DNA of 64,000 bases from Mycoplasmatales bacterium (GCA_965214965.1 OZ244030.1:27334-91333), one strand, 5' to 3'; counted from the stretch's first letter, positions 25,540 to 36,977 are shown. Numbers and translations: made by a program. Notes: generated from the sequence alone by a model not told the origin.

Positions 25540-25866
25540 TTAGTATGCATTATATTCGTTGAATTTACCATCAAGAGCTTCTTTGATTAATTTATCAGCA
25601 TCTTTAATAGCTTGTGATACTCCAATTTCTTTTAATGGCTTCCCATCAAATCTTTCCATCTCAACTCTTGTGTCTGCAGCAACAATAACTGCTACTGCTT
25701 TTTCAATTTCTTCTTCTGTTAATTTATTTTCAACACCAATTGAACCATTTGTTTCAACCTTTACCTTAACTCCGGCATCTTTACCAGCTTTTTCTAGATT
25801 TTCTGCTGCCATGTATGTGTGTGCAATACCTGTTGGGCATGCTGTTACTGCTACGATTAGTTTCAT
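25540..25866 (-). CDS. PTS fructose-family EIIB component
   Basis: 108 aa: MKLIVAVTACPTGIAHTYMAAE, the active-site Cys motif of EIIB(Fru). Confidence 0.88.
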   Translation of the reverse strand: MKLIVAVTACPTGIAHTYMAAENLEKAGKDAGVKVKVETNGSIGVENKLTEEEIEKAVAVIVAADTRVEMERFDGKPLKEIGVSQAIKDADKLIKEALDGKFNEYNAY

Positions 25867-25869
25867 AAT

Positions 25870-26322
25870 TTATTCCATTTCTTTAAAGATATTTTTAATA
25901 TCTTCAATATTTTCTTTTGTTAATAATTGTTTTTTTATGTCAGGATAGATTAATTTTCTACATAATTTAGCTAATGCTTGTAAGTGTAGTTCAAGTTCTG
26001 TATCTGGTACTGCAATCATAAAGAATAATTTTGATAGTGTACCATCTACTGATTGATAATCTAATCCTTCACGTTTTCTTGCAAATATAATTGCTGGTTT
26101 TTTAACTGCCTTTGATTTGGCATGTGGTATTGCTATACCTTTGCCAATTGCGGTTGATGATTGTGCTTCTCTTTTTTTTATATCAATAATAAATTGTTCT
26201 TTATCTTCAACTGATCCTGTTTTTACTAATTCAGTTACTAATTCATTAATTATTTCCTCTTTTGTAGAAGAAGATATTTTTAATAGAATTGAGCCATTAT
26301 TTATTAAGTCAATTATTTTCAT
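25870..26322 (-). CDS. PTS fructose/mannitol-family EIIA component
   Basis: 150 aa: GKGIAIPHAKS, the phosphorylatable His motif. Confidence 0.85.
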   Translation of the reverse strand: MKIIDLINNGSILLKISSSTKEEIINELVTELVKTGSVEDKEQFIIDIKKREAQSSTAIGKGIAIPHAKSKAVKKPAIIFARKREGLDYQSVDGTLSKLFFMIAVPDTELELHLQALAKLCRKLIYPDIKKQLLTKENIEDIKNIFKEME

Positions 26323-27233
26323 ATCGCCTCCTCTACAAAAAGTTGTTTTTCAATTTTAATAATTGATTTTTTATCTGCTAAATTTTCTGTAAATGCTGAT
26401 GCTGTACCAGAAGCAACTGCTCTAATAATTGCTTTTTTGTAATCAGGTTTTTTATCAAGAATTGAGATTAATCCTGCTAAGGCTGCATCTCCTGAACCAA
26501 TTGTGTTTATTACTTTGCCTTTAACACTTCTAACTTTAAAAATTTTATTTTCTTCTGTTAATAAATAAGCGCCATCTTTGCCAAGAGACAATAATATGTT
26601 TTGTGAGCCTAGTTTTTTAAATTTTAATAATGTTTTGATAATATCTTTTTCTGTTTTAATTTTAAGTTTTAATACTTCTTCTGCTTCTTCTTTGTTTGGT
26701 TTAATAAGAAAGGGCTTAAATTTTAATGATTCTTTTAATGATTTTCCATTTGTATCAATTATGAGTTTTAGTTTTTTCTTTTTAGCAATTGCAGCAATTT
26801 CTTCATAAGCATTAGTTTGGCCAAAAGGTACTGATCCAGAAATTATTAGTGTGTCTTGTGATTTAAGTTTGTTAATTTTATTTTTTAATTTTTGAAGTTT
26901 ATCATTTGTAATTAATGGTCCTTGACCGTTTAATTGGGTTTCTCCATTATCATTAATTTTAAAGTTTATTCTTGTTTGTCCAGGTACTTTTATAAAAGAG
27001 GTTTTAATTTTTTTATTATTTAATTCTTTTTCTAAGTGTTCTCCTGTAAATCCTGCTTTAAATCCTAATGCCGTATTTTCTACTCCTAATGTTTTAAGCA
27101 TTAACGAGACGTTAATTCCTTTCCCCCCAGGAGTTAAAGGCTCATTTGTATATCTGTTTAAAACATTTTTTTTGAAGTTTTTTACATCTAACTTTAAATC
27201 AAGGCAAGGATTAAAGGTTATAGTATATATCAT
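26313..27233 (-). CDS. fruK: 1-phosphofructokinase
   Basis: PfkB family: TFNPCLD N-terminus, GGKGINV, and a C-terminal GSGDAALAG motif. The track stop at 26319 is TGA; TAA is at 26313-26315. Confidence 0.9.
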
Positions 27234-27246
27234 CTTTGTCTCCTTT

Positions 27247-27945
27247 TTATTTTTTAAATACTTTATCCGATATTATTTCTACTTCATCAATATCAGCAAA
27301 TTTAACTAATGATGGTTTATTAAATTTTGTAGAATCAATTAATACAAATTTTTGATTTGATCTTTTAATAACTTTGGCTTTTATTTTAGCTTCTCTACTA
27401 TCTGGTGTTGATAAACCATTTTCTTTGCTAATACCGTTTGCACCCATAAATGATTTATCAAAATATAAATTATCTAACTTATTAGTAAAGTCTTCTCCTG
27501 TGGCAGCTAATGTCCTGTTTTTTATTTTTCCGCCAAGTATAATTGTTTCAAAATTATGGTTACTTGATTCTATTGCCACATTAATAGCATTTGTTACAAC
27601 TAAAATATTTTTGGCTGTAATGTATTTAAGTAAAAGTTCTGTTGTTGAACCTGCATCAATATAGATAGTGTCATTATCTTTAACTTTAGTAGCAGCTTTT
27701 TTAGCAATTTTATTTTTAGCACTGCTGTTAAGTTTTTGTCTTGAATCCAAAACAATATCAACTCTACTATCAAGTTTTGATACTCCACCAGAGCCAATTA
27801 TTACTAAACCGTTATTTTCCAATAACTTCATATCTCTTCTAATTGTAATTTCTGAAACATTTACAAGTTTAGAAAGTTCTTTTCATGTTGCTGTGCTATT
27901 TTCTGAAAAATAGTTTAAATATTGTTGCTTTCTTTTTACGTTCAT
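27247..27945 (-). CDS. fruR: DeoR-family transcriptional repressor of the fructose operon
   Basis: Extends through TGA to the ATG at 27943-27945 (MNVKRKQQYLNYFSENSTATWKELSKLVNVSEITIRRDMKLLE), an N-terminal wHTH followed by a DeoR C-terminal sensor domain. First gene of the fru operon. Confidence 0.85.
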
Positions 27946-27976
27946 TGCTATCTTTTATCCTAATAATACTATTTTA

Positions 27977-28009
27977 TCATATTTTTTCAAATATTTTCAT
28001 ATTTTTTCA
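27977..28009. promoter_or_regulatory. direct repeats upstream of fruR (candidate DeoR operator)
   Basis: tcatattttttca occurs twice, at 27977-27989 and 27997-28009, with a 20-nt period. The repeats lie 32-64 nt upstream of the fruR ATG. Confidence 0.25.
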
Positions 28010-28051
28010 TTAATTTTAATATAAATGGTGTTTTATAATATTTGATAAAAC

Positions 28052-28079
28052 AAAAAAAGGCATAATAGCCTTTTTTTTA
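28052..28079 (-). terminator. intrinsic terminator after pepA
   Basis: aaaaaaaggc-ataata-gcctttttttt hairpin flanked by A and T runs, just downstream of the pepA stop at 28095. Confidence 0.6.
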
Positions 28080-28094
28080 TTAAATATCAAACAT

Positions 28095-29453
28095 TTATTT
28101 AATTTTATGTGCAAATTCAGCAAGTGTTTTAACTAAAACACCTGTTGGGATGCCTTTAATTTGATCAGTTCCAGCAATATCGAAGTGAATAAACGGAACA
28201 TCTTCTGTAAATTCCTTCAAGAACATACCTGCAGCTGATGAGCCAGCTTGTGAAGTGTAATTAGCATTTAATAAGTCTGCTATTTTTGATTCTTTAAATC
28301 CTTTTAAATAATCTTTATGGAAAGGCATTCTTCAAATCAACTCACCTTTATCTTTTGCAGCTTCATTCATTTTGCTTCAATCATTATCATTTGTTGTTCA
28401 GCATGCTGAATAAGTTGTATCAAAACAAACAACTACTGCTCCAGTTAGTGTAGCAACATCAAGAATTCTAGTTGCCTTAAGTTTTTTAATAGCATAAGTA
28501 ATTGAATCAGCAAGAACCAACCTTCCTTCAGCGTCGGTGTTATTGATCTCAACTGTTTTACCTGACATTGATGTTTGGACTGAATCAACTGTTTGAGCTT
28601 TTGAACCAATCATATTATCAGTTAATGGCATAACAACTGAAATGTTTGATTTTGGTTTTCTTTTAGCAATAAGTTTCATTGCTCCTGCTACTACTGCAGC
28701 ACCTGACATATCAAACTTCATAGTTTTCATGTAATTTGATGGTTTTAGTGAGTACCCACCTGAATCAAACATAATACCTTTACCAATGTATGCAGTTTTT
28801 TCTTTTGATTGCGGGTTTCCTTTATATTCTAAAACAACAAGTCTTGGTTCGTGAGCTGATCCAGCATTAACACCAAGGAATAAGCCCATCTTGTTTTTTT
28901 CAATTGCTTTTTTACCAAGAACTTTTACCTTAACATTTTTAATTGGTGCAAATTCAGCTTTAATTTTATTTGCAAAATTAACTGAGTTTAGTTTGTTTGG
29001 TGGCATAATCTGGAATGATCTTGTTCAGTTTCTAGCTTCAGCATCTTCTTTTGATACTTTTAATTGTTCTTTACCTGCAGCAGTTAATTCAACAAGAATT
29101 GTATCTTTTACTTTTTCTTTTTTCTTAGTTTTTAAAGTAAAAACATCTCCTTTAAGTAGAATTTTTGCTTCTGTTAGTACTCTTACTATTTCAACTTCAC
29201 TTAGTTTATCTGTAATGAAGCTTTTTACATCAACTTGCAGAACTCTTGGAGATGAAATAATAATTCCTGCAATTGATTTAAATACTTCAATATCAAACTT
29301 CTTTTTTTCTCCTAAGAAAATGTATTGAGTTTTTTCTTTGATAAATTCTGTAACATAGTTTTGTTTACAAATGACATCTTTAGTTTGTTTTTTTGATTTA
29401 AACTCGGCATGGAGAATAAATTCTTTTTTACTTAGTTTTGCTTCTTTAATCAT
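28095..29453 (-). CDS. pepA: leucyl aminopeptidase (M17 family)
   Basis: Pieces 28095..28328, 28398..29006 and 29025..29453 are in frame. NTDAEGRLVLAD signature and the MKFDMSGAA motif. 452 aa. Confidence 0.93.
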
Positions 29454-29479
29454 AATAACTCCTTATATAGTCCTATATA

Positions 29480-30001
29480 TTATATATTTTTATTTGCAAA
29501 ATATGTGATGACATAATATCACAATGGTAACATTAATATTATTTTTAATGCTCTTGCCGGGAAAAAAATTGCTGCAGATGCTGCTACAGGTCTTTTTGCT
29601 CAAAATCTAAATGCTTCTGCATATCCAATAAACTCTACTACAAAGTATAGGAGGATAAAAACTAGTAGTACAAATTTTCAATCAATTTTTTTATTTAGAT
29701 TTTTAATTCACCAAATAGACATGTATCCAGCAATTAATCCTTGAGCACCTTTAGCAAATGATATTTGTAATCATGGTGTAAAACCTCTTAGCATGGCTCC
29801 AAGTACATCTCCTAAAAAACCATTGATAGCTGCAAGTCATGGATGGCCTGTAACTGCTAAAACAAGTGTTGGTAAGTGTGTGAAATCAAGTCTTCCAACA
29901 AACGGCAATGTTAAACTAACAAGTGCATAATTTAACATCATTGTAACTGGCAAAAACATACCAACTAAAGTAATTGAACGAATTATTTTATTTTTTTTCA
30001 T
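29480..30001 (-). CDS. ECF-transporter substrate-specific (S) component, possibly folate (FolT-like)
   Basis: Not in the track because it contains 8 in-frame TGA codons. Codon-by-codon reading gives a 173-aa hydrophobic protein (MKKNKIIRSITLVGMFLPV...GHPWLAAINGFLGD...) running from the ATG at 29999-30001 to TAA at 29480-29482. It lies immediately downstream of folC. Confidence 0.5.
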
Positions 30002-30133
30002 ATTATTTCCTTTAATAATGTTTCATCTTTTTATTAACATATACATTATAAAGTATTCTATATAATTTAGGTAGTGCTGTATTTGTTTATCAAGGAATAG
30101 TCTTAATATTAGATTATTTTATAAAAATCTATA

Positions 30134-31243
30134 CTAGACTTTATCTAGTATAGAATTTAAGAAATAAAATGATCCAGTAAAGATATATATTTTATTACTA
30201 TCTATAGATAGATTGGATATATCTTCTAAATAGTTTGTATTTGTTTGTAAAGAGATGGCTTTTGCATCAAATGAAAGCTTAGAATCATAAAAATTAAAGT
30301 CTATTAAGTAAACTTTACCTTTTGTTTTTAATAGTTTAATCATTTCAAGATAGTTCTTCTGCTTTTGAGCAGATAAAATAAAGACATATGCTTTATTATC
30401 TTGTAATGATTTAACTAATGCTTCAATACCATGAGCATTGTGGCTAGCATCAAAATATATATTATTTTTAATTTTTTGATATCGATATGGTAGTAGTTGG
30501 GTGTTTTTGACCACTTCACTTACTTCTTTTTTATCAAAACCTAGATACACAAGTAACTGGATAGCTATGTTGTAGTTATGTCTTTGATATTTTAAAAAGT
30601 GGTTAAAGTTAAATTCATATTTATTAAGAATGATATTTTCAGGATATTGTGAAAGTTCTTTAATTCTTGGTTCAGAAGTAAATAGTGGTGTTGATGGTTT
30701 TTGAATACCTAGTTTTGTGATAGCTTTTTCATCAAAGCTATCGCCTAGGTATTGATCATGATCATCTCCAATATTAGTAATAATGCAAGCTTCTGGATTT
30801 AAAGTATTAGTTGCATCATGTTCTCCACCTATTCCTACTTCAATTACTGCATAATCAACATTTTGTTCTTTAAATCAAATAAAGGCAATTAAGGTTTTGA
30901 CTTCAAAAAATGTAAGTTTATATTTTTTAATCAAAGCTTCGTTTTCTTCATAAATTCTTACGAAGTTTTTCTCAGTGATAAATTTATCATTTACTCTGGC
31001 TAGTTCCATTTCAAATAAAACACAAGGTGAAACAAAAAGCCCTGTCTTAAACTTTGTTTTAAGATAACTATAAATAAAGTTAGAAGTGCTTCCTTTACCA
31101 TTAGTGCCACCAACATGTATAGTTTTATATTCATGTTGGGGATTTCCTAACACTTGGAGTACTTCTTTGAAATTTTTATTACTCATATATTCTGTTGGAG
31201 ATTTTAAATTTACTATGTGATTTCAAATATTTTTAAATTTCAT
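30134..31243 (-). CDS. folC: folylpolyglutamate synthase / dihydrofolate synthase
   Basis: Pieces 30134..30550 and 30875..31186 are in frame. HVGGTNGKGST P-loop. The start is extended to the ATG at 31241-31243. 369 aa. Confidence 0.88.
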
Positions 31244-31360
31244 ATTATATAAATTATATCATATGTAATAAAAAGTTGTTATTGCTCTTTAAATTTTAAT
31301 TTTAGGAAAAATGTTTTATAGACTCTTTAATCTATTTAGTATTATTTCATTATTTAAAAA

Positions 31361-31382
31361 TAGCAAGCTTAAAAGCTTACTA
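31361..31382 (-). terminator. terminator hairpin after the 103-aa ORF
   Basis: tagcaagctt-aa-aagcttacta is a 10-bp stem with one mismatch. On the minus strand it is followed by a T run, downstream of the stop at 31411. Confidence 0.45.
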
Positions 31383-31410
31383 TTATACCCATACATATTG
31401 TTTTTAAAAA

Positions 31411-31722
31411 TTATTTAATAGCCTTAAAGTCATGAAGTAATCTCATTAGGTCTTTTGCAGCTTTTTCATTTTTTTCTTCACCACGATTTGAACCTCAAAT
31501 AATTATTTTAGCACCTTCTATTCAAGGCCCTTCAAGAACTTCTTCTGGTGTTGATTCATCATCAAATTCTGCTGTTTCATGCCCTTTTTTATTATAAAGA
31601 ACAATTTCAGCGTAAGCAGGTGAATGATTTATTACATCAATTATTTTTTTAGCTTTTTCTATATCTTTAATCCCATTAGATATAATTGCATCTATGCTGT
31701 ATGTATCTCTATTATTTGACAT
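31411..31722 (-). CDS. hypothetical protein, 103 aa, acidic
   Basis: ORF 31522..31722 reads through two TGAs to TAA at 31411-31413 (...EGPWIEGAKIIIWGSNRGEEKNEKAAKDLMRLLHDFKAIK). No recognisable motif. Confidence 0.5.
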
Positions 31723-31973
31723 ATTTTTATTTTTCCTCTCAATGTTGTAAGTTAACAGTTTAACTTAGCTTTATTTTAATATGTGTTTTATCTAAATACA
31801 AATACATATTTTTACTTTTATAGCTCTAAATATATATTTAAAATCATTTCTATTAATTATTATGTTTTATTGGTAGATAGACATAGTTTATATATGTATC
31901 TAATTAGTGTGGGCAAATAATTACAAAGTTTTGCTTAGTAATAAAAGTGTTTATTATTATTTTGTGCATATAA

Positions 31974-32077
31974 AAAAGGGGTGTTCCCCTTTTGGCCCCT
32001 TGACTATCTTATAACTATGCGCAATGTTTAAGATAGCGTATGGTCTTGTATATATATTTAGTATACTACTGTATACT
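31974..32077. other. cluster of three perfect hairpins, including a locally GC-rich one
   Basis: aaaagggg-tgtt-cccctttt (31974-31993); ctatctta-N17-taagatag (32004-32036); agtatac-tact-gtatact (32060-32077). All lie in a 500-nt non-coding gap. Confidence 0.5.
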
Positions 32078-32114
32078 TAATTAGTCAATACTTTAATTTA
32101 TATATTTTAGTTAT

Positions 32115-32170
32115 GATATAAAAATAATAAAAACCTTGCTAGTTATTATAACTGCTATTTAATAATTAAT
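32115..32170 (-). repeat. copy R1 of the recurring terminator-promoter module
   Basis: The minus strand reads aaatagcagttataataactagcaaggtttttattat. This shares the core AAATAGCAG...ACTAGCAAGG..TTTTTATTAT with R2-R4. Lies just 3' of the KAP-like gene. Confidence 0.55.
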
Positions 32171-32232
32171 TTTTATTTGGTTTAAATGTTTTTGATATTT
32201 TATTATTTATTTTTTATTTTATTCATTCTACC

Positions 32233-33668
32233 TTATTTGCTTTCAATAGTTGATTTACTATTGTATTTTGATGAATTATCTAAACAATATTCTATTTCAA
32301 AATAATCATAATTATCAGCAACATATTCTAATGCAGTTATAAATTTTTCATAATCAATATTTTTTGATTTTATTACATTGATATGATTTTGAGCAATTTC
32401 ATGTTCTGGAATATCAATATCAGTTCTTATTTCTATATCAAAACTTATTAAAAAATTAACAGATAGTTTGTGAATAAGTACTGATTCTAATCACAGTTTT
32501 AATTTGAAACCAAATCGTTGTTCGTCTCTCGTAATAAAATTTCAAAGATCATCATAATTTATTATGCGAATTAAACGAGTGTTTTTAAGTTTATTTGCTA
32601 ATTTTTCTATTTCTCTTAAATCAATTCCCCCATTATTAGTTATTCTTTCTTTCTGATCAATATCATCTGTTGTGTTGTAATTAGATTTGAAAATTTTTAG
32701 TGTATGGAATTTGGAATGAAGTTGCTTTCAAGTTATGCTTTCTTTTACTATTTCATATTTTATATACTTATTGAAAAAACTATTACTTACATTAATATCA
32801 TAGGGTAATTGCCCGAAGTGATTCATTAAACCTTTACTTAAAAATTCTTTATCAAATATATACACAACACTAACATTATTTATAAAAAGTTCTGAAGAAT
32901 CAGTGTTTCATGTACAAGTATGATTATCAATAGAGCATTCTACACCAGTATAAGTAGTTATTGTTTCTAAAAGTTCAGATGCAAATGCAGGTGCACATCT
33001 TTCTAATTCATCAATAAATAAAATTAATTTTTTATTTTCATTCACCTCGCACTTTGTGAAAAATAATTTAATAAGATCTATAAGTATATGTTGGAGTAAC
33101 CACTTTTATTAAGTTCGTTTTTATATGATCATATTAATAATCAAAGAATTTCATTATGTTCTTCTTTCAATATATTTGAAGATCAAATTTTTTTCATAAA
33201 CAATAATAATGGATTATTTACATAATCATAATCTCAAGTTTTAACATAAGAAGTTATGTAATTTTTATTGTTTGAATCAGAATCAGATTCAATATAATTT
33301 ATCATAGCTTTTGCATAATAACTTTTGCCTGAACCTTGTCTTCCAGAAATAAGTGTTGATTTTTTGTTTAATATAATTTTAAAACCTCTTTTCAAAGAAT
33401 CATGTGGTACATCAAAATTTTTGTAGAATGATTTATTTAAATCTTTATACAAATTCTGTGGTTTTCCATTAATTTCTATTCCTAAAATTTCTTTAAATAT
33501 ATCATATATCTTATAATTATTTTTAAAAAGCTTGTTTTGTATTTCTGATTCTTTAACAGATTTTCCACCCATATTTCCATTAATTTTATTAAACAAAATA
33601 GGTATTGTAAAATTAAAAATATGTTTTACTGGTTCACTTTATAATATTGATCATAATGTTTCATTCAT
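32233..33668 (-). pseudogene. KAP-family-like P-loop NTPase, disrupted
   Basis: The ATG at 33666-33668 is followed by an in-frame TAA at 33639-33641. The Walker A (GRQGSGKS) lies in ORF 33234..33596, whose frame ends at TAG 33077-33079. The Walker B-like segment KKLILFIDELERCAP (about 32990-33030) lies in a different frame, which runs on to TAA at 32233-32235. Confidence 0.5.
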
Positions 33669-33687
33669 ATTTAATGCCTTAATGAGG

Positions 33688-33740
33688 TTATATCACACAT
33701 AATAAAAACACTTGCTAGTTTAGTTGGATACTATTTATTC
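33688..33740 (-). repeat. copy R2 of the recurring terminator-promoter module
   Basis: The minus strand reads aaatagtatccaactaaactagcaagtgtttttattatgtgtgatataa. The hairpin is degenerate and is followed by tgtgatataa. Lies between the Abi stop and the KAP-like start. Confidence 0.5.
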
Positions 33741-33772
33741 TATATTAAAATGATACCCTTAAAAATTATCTA

Positions 33773-34690
33773 TTATTTTCATTTTTTATCTCTATTATTT
33801 TGAATTTCTATTGTATTTTGTTGAATAATAATTTTAATTTTATTGGAGTATTTCTCTGCAACTTCCAGTCCTAACTTAAATTTGCAGTGATCTTCTCAAT
33901 CTTTTTCAGGTATTTCATTTTCTAGTGGTTCTATTCTTGATTTATTATCTTTATAATCTGCTTTGATTTCTTGTATAAAGTCTTTTGATATTTCATCATT
34001 AAATAATTCTCATTCTTTATTTATGTATTCAATTATTTTTATTTTTAAATTCCACCTAGTTATAATCTTCATAATTTCTATAAGTATATATACCGATAGG
34101 CTTTGTTGAAAGTTATCACTAAACAATTTTATGAAATTTTTAATGTCTTTACTTAAATTTTTATCTAATATAAAATCAAAATGTTGAATGCAATTTCTGA
34201 TTTTTCTTATTACTTTTTGATCATTTGTATCTAGTTCAAATTCATTATTAAAAATTTGAGAAGATTTTATATATTCCATAAAATATGTGGCATGCTTTGC
34301 CCCGCCAATAATTTTTTGATTATTTTTTAATTTAAAATAATTAATTTTATTTGGGTCGATAAAATCAGATTTTCCAGAAACTAAAAACATTTTTCATTTT
34401 AATTTAAAATTTTCTTCATTTGTTATTTGGTTTTTATTCAAATATGTATTTTTTGTAGATAATGCTGCCATTAGAATTCTTTCAATATTTTCTATATACC
34501 TATAAAAATTCCACCTTATATTAGCTTCTAAGCGATAAAGTTGGTATTTATCTTTTGCAGATGTAATTTTTCCTGACCCTGTACTTGGAAGATGACTATA
34601 AAAATTTTCTACTGCCCTAATAAAATATTGACCTTTTCTATATTGGATGTCTTTTAGTAGGTCAGAATAAATTGTTTTTGTAATTCTCAT
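33773..34690 (-). CDS. Abi_2 (AbiD/AbiF-like) abortive-infection family protein
   Basis: ORFs 34394..34690 and 34010..34390 are in frame and joined by TGA. Reading continues through further TGAs to TAA at 33773-33775. 305 aa. VIRKIRNCIQHFDFI fits the R-N-x-x-x-H core of Abi_2 proteins. Confidence 0.6.
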
Positions 34691-34708
34691 TTTGACTCTT
34701 TTAATAAA

Positions 34709-34767
34709 TTATATCACATATAATAAAAACAGCCTTGCTAGTTAGTAAGGCTGCTATTTAATTATTA
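34709..34767 (-). repeat. copy R3 of the recurring terminator-promoter module (best preserved)
   Basis: The minus strand reads aaatagCAGCCTTactaactagcAAGGCTGtttttattatatgTGaTATAATtt. This is a 7-bp GC-containing stem plus a T run (res terminator), followed by an extended -10 about 20 nt upstream of the Abi ATG. Confidence 0.6.
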
Positions 34768-36963
34768 TTTAAACTTATCTTTTATAAAATTATTAAATGA
34801 AGTTTTTTTCATTCATTTATCACCTATTTTGCAACTTAAAATAGTATTTTTTGTTTTGCCATCATACATGAATACTGCAAAATCAATGTTTTTGTTGTCT
34901 TCAGCAAATGCATATTTTTTATAAGCACTTAATAACATTTGTGTTTTTTCAGGATTTTTGTCTTGTTCTGCATACCCTTTAACTTCAACAAATATTATTT
35001 TTCCTTTATACTTTACTACAAAGTCAACAAATGATTTACTTATACGACCTAAATCTTCATTGTAATACTCAAAAAATACTTTTGATCCTAATGTAGGTAG
35101 TTTTGCAAAAAACTCAATTCCTTCTTTTATTTTATTAGCTTTTAGAGCGGATTTAAATCTTTTAAAAAATTCTAATTCAGGCCTAGAATCTAAAAATTGC
35201 TCATCTTCATAACCCGTCACCTGTAAATAACCATAATTTTCAAATCAATCTGTCTCAATTTTTTTTAGATTATTATTATCTTTTCATACGCTATAGTAAG
35301 GTATTAATTTATTTGTTTTTTTAATTTTTCATGGTTCATTTAATTTCATTCATTTAGCTGCATGATTTTTAATTTCATTTAATTTTGCTGAGAGAGATAA
35401 AAGTACATATTTTGCAATTTCAAAATGTACCTTATGTTTTATAGCAACCTTATGTAACACATCTTTTAATTCTATAATATGCAATGATTCTTCTAATTTA
35501 CGGCCCTTCTTAATGTTATGAATTTTTAAATATATGTGATTTGGAATAATGTTAGTTCCCAAACCAGTGCCATATTCATCATAAACAATGCTAGTGCTTG
35601 TAAATGCGGCTGTATCTTTCAATTTTATTTCAAATTCTTTGCTCTTAATATATTCTTTTGCTTCTGCTAAATAATCTTTTTTGCTCTTTACAAAAGATAC
35701 ACTTTCTTCATCAATATATCCACTGGGTAATTCAAGATCTTTAAATTCATCTTTTAGTCTATAAGTTGCTTGATCCCTTGTTGATTTTTGAAAATTAGAT
35801 CAAAGATAATAATTATCAGTTATATTATTTTTAACTAAGCTTGGGTATGGGTTTCTCATTATTCTTCCTAAAGTTTGTGTATTTAGTGTTTCAGATGAAA
35901 CATTTCTTAGCTGCAACAACATATTTGCTCTAGGTATATCTCAACCTGTAGCTGGACCAACTTTAAAAATAATAGCGTCAATATGTGAGTCTATTTGTGA
36001 TGCATATTTAAGTGTAGGTTCAACATTTGCTCCAAATACTTCTGGTTTGCTTTCTAAATACTTTAAATATATTAATCCTGCCTTTTTTAACTTAGATTCT
36101 AACATTTCCAACCCTTTATTAAACAATTCGTGCTTTTCAGGATCTATAATAAGGCTAGGTTGGTTAGAAACTTGAATCAGCATAGCGGGATTAATGATTA
36201 TATTTTGAAGTTTTTGATATTCTTTTTTTACTTCTTTGAATTTTTTAATTGCATCATCTATGATTTCTCCGTTAGTAGAATCTTCGGAAATTTTTGATTT
36301 ATTTTCTTTTGTTTTCAAAAGAAACTGATTATCTAATTCAAGATCCTTTGCTGTCATTTCTACAAAGTTAATATCACACTTAGGGGTAGCGGTCATTTCT
36401 AGTGTAAATGTTGCGGCACTTTTCATAGTTTCGTCAAAATTTTTTAACAAATCTTTTGACAATTCTTTTTTACCAATATGTGCTTCATCTCTGATAAAAA
36501 TTAAATCATACTGATAATGTTTTAATTGGTTTATAAAAATTTCAAGTGTTTTGTTTTGATAAAATAATGTATTTTTACCAAAAGAAGAAGTACCGAATAC
36601 ATACACCATATTATTTTCTAATGAAAATTCTGGAATATCTTCAGATTTATTACTTTTTGATTTTGATGGTGAATGTATATGCTGGACTCTATAATTTTGA
36701 TACTGATGATATTGTATGTAATTGTTTAATTTTCTTGCCATTTGTTTTGGCAAGTCTGCGTTAGAAACAGTTGCAACTACTACAACTGTTTTTCTATCTC
36801 TTGAGTTTTGATATTCAAGTATTCTAGAAACTAACTCAGAGGAGATAAAAGTTTTTCCTGAACCTGTAGGTGCTTTTAATGTGGCAAAAGAATGTCTATC
36901 TTTGTTAATAAATGCCTTGAATAGTTTTTGTACTGTTGTTTGTTGTGAATTTGTTAATTGCAT
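34765..36963 (-). CDS. res: type III restriction enzyme Res subunit (SF2 helicase plus C-terminal endonuclease)
   Basis: Pieces 34813..35220, 35350..35622 and 35941..36963 are in frame. Helicase motifs APTGSGKT, DEAH, MTATP and QTLGRIMR. C-terminal VDFVV...IIFVEVKG is PD-(D/E)xK-like. The track stop at 34813 is TGA; TAA is at 34765-34767. Confidence 0.85.
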
Positions 36964-36977
36964 AGTGTGTATTACTT

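Noticed and set aside
32010-32040. Resemblance of actatgcgcaatgtttaagatagcg to a Xer/dif-type site.
   Set aside because: Only a few bases of one arm resemble the E. coli dif consensus as I recall it. There is no convincing second arm.
33290-33305. By my reading, the displayed sequence has three T at 33297-33299. The track translation (...AKAMINYIESD...) and the ORF length 33234..33596 require two.
   Set aside because: I cannot reconcile the two by eye, and I may be miscounting. I therefore did not count this as an additional frameshift in the KAP-like gene. The pseudogene call rests on the other lesions.
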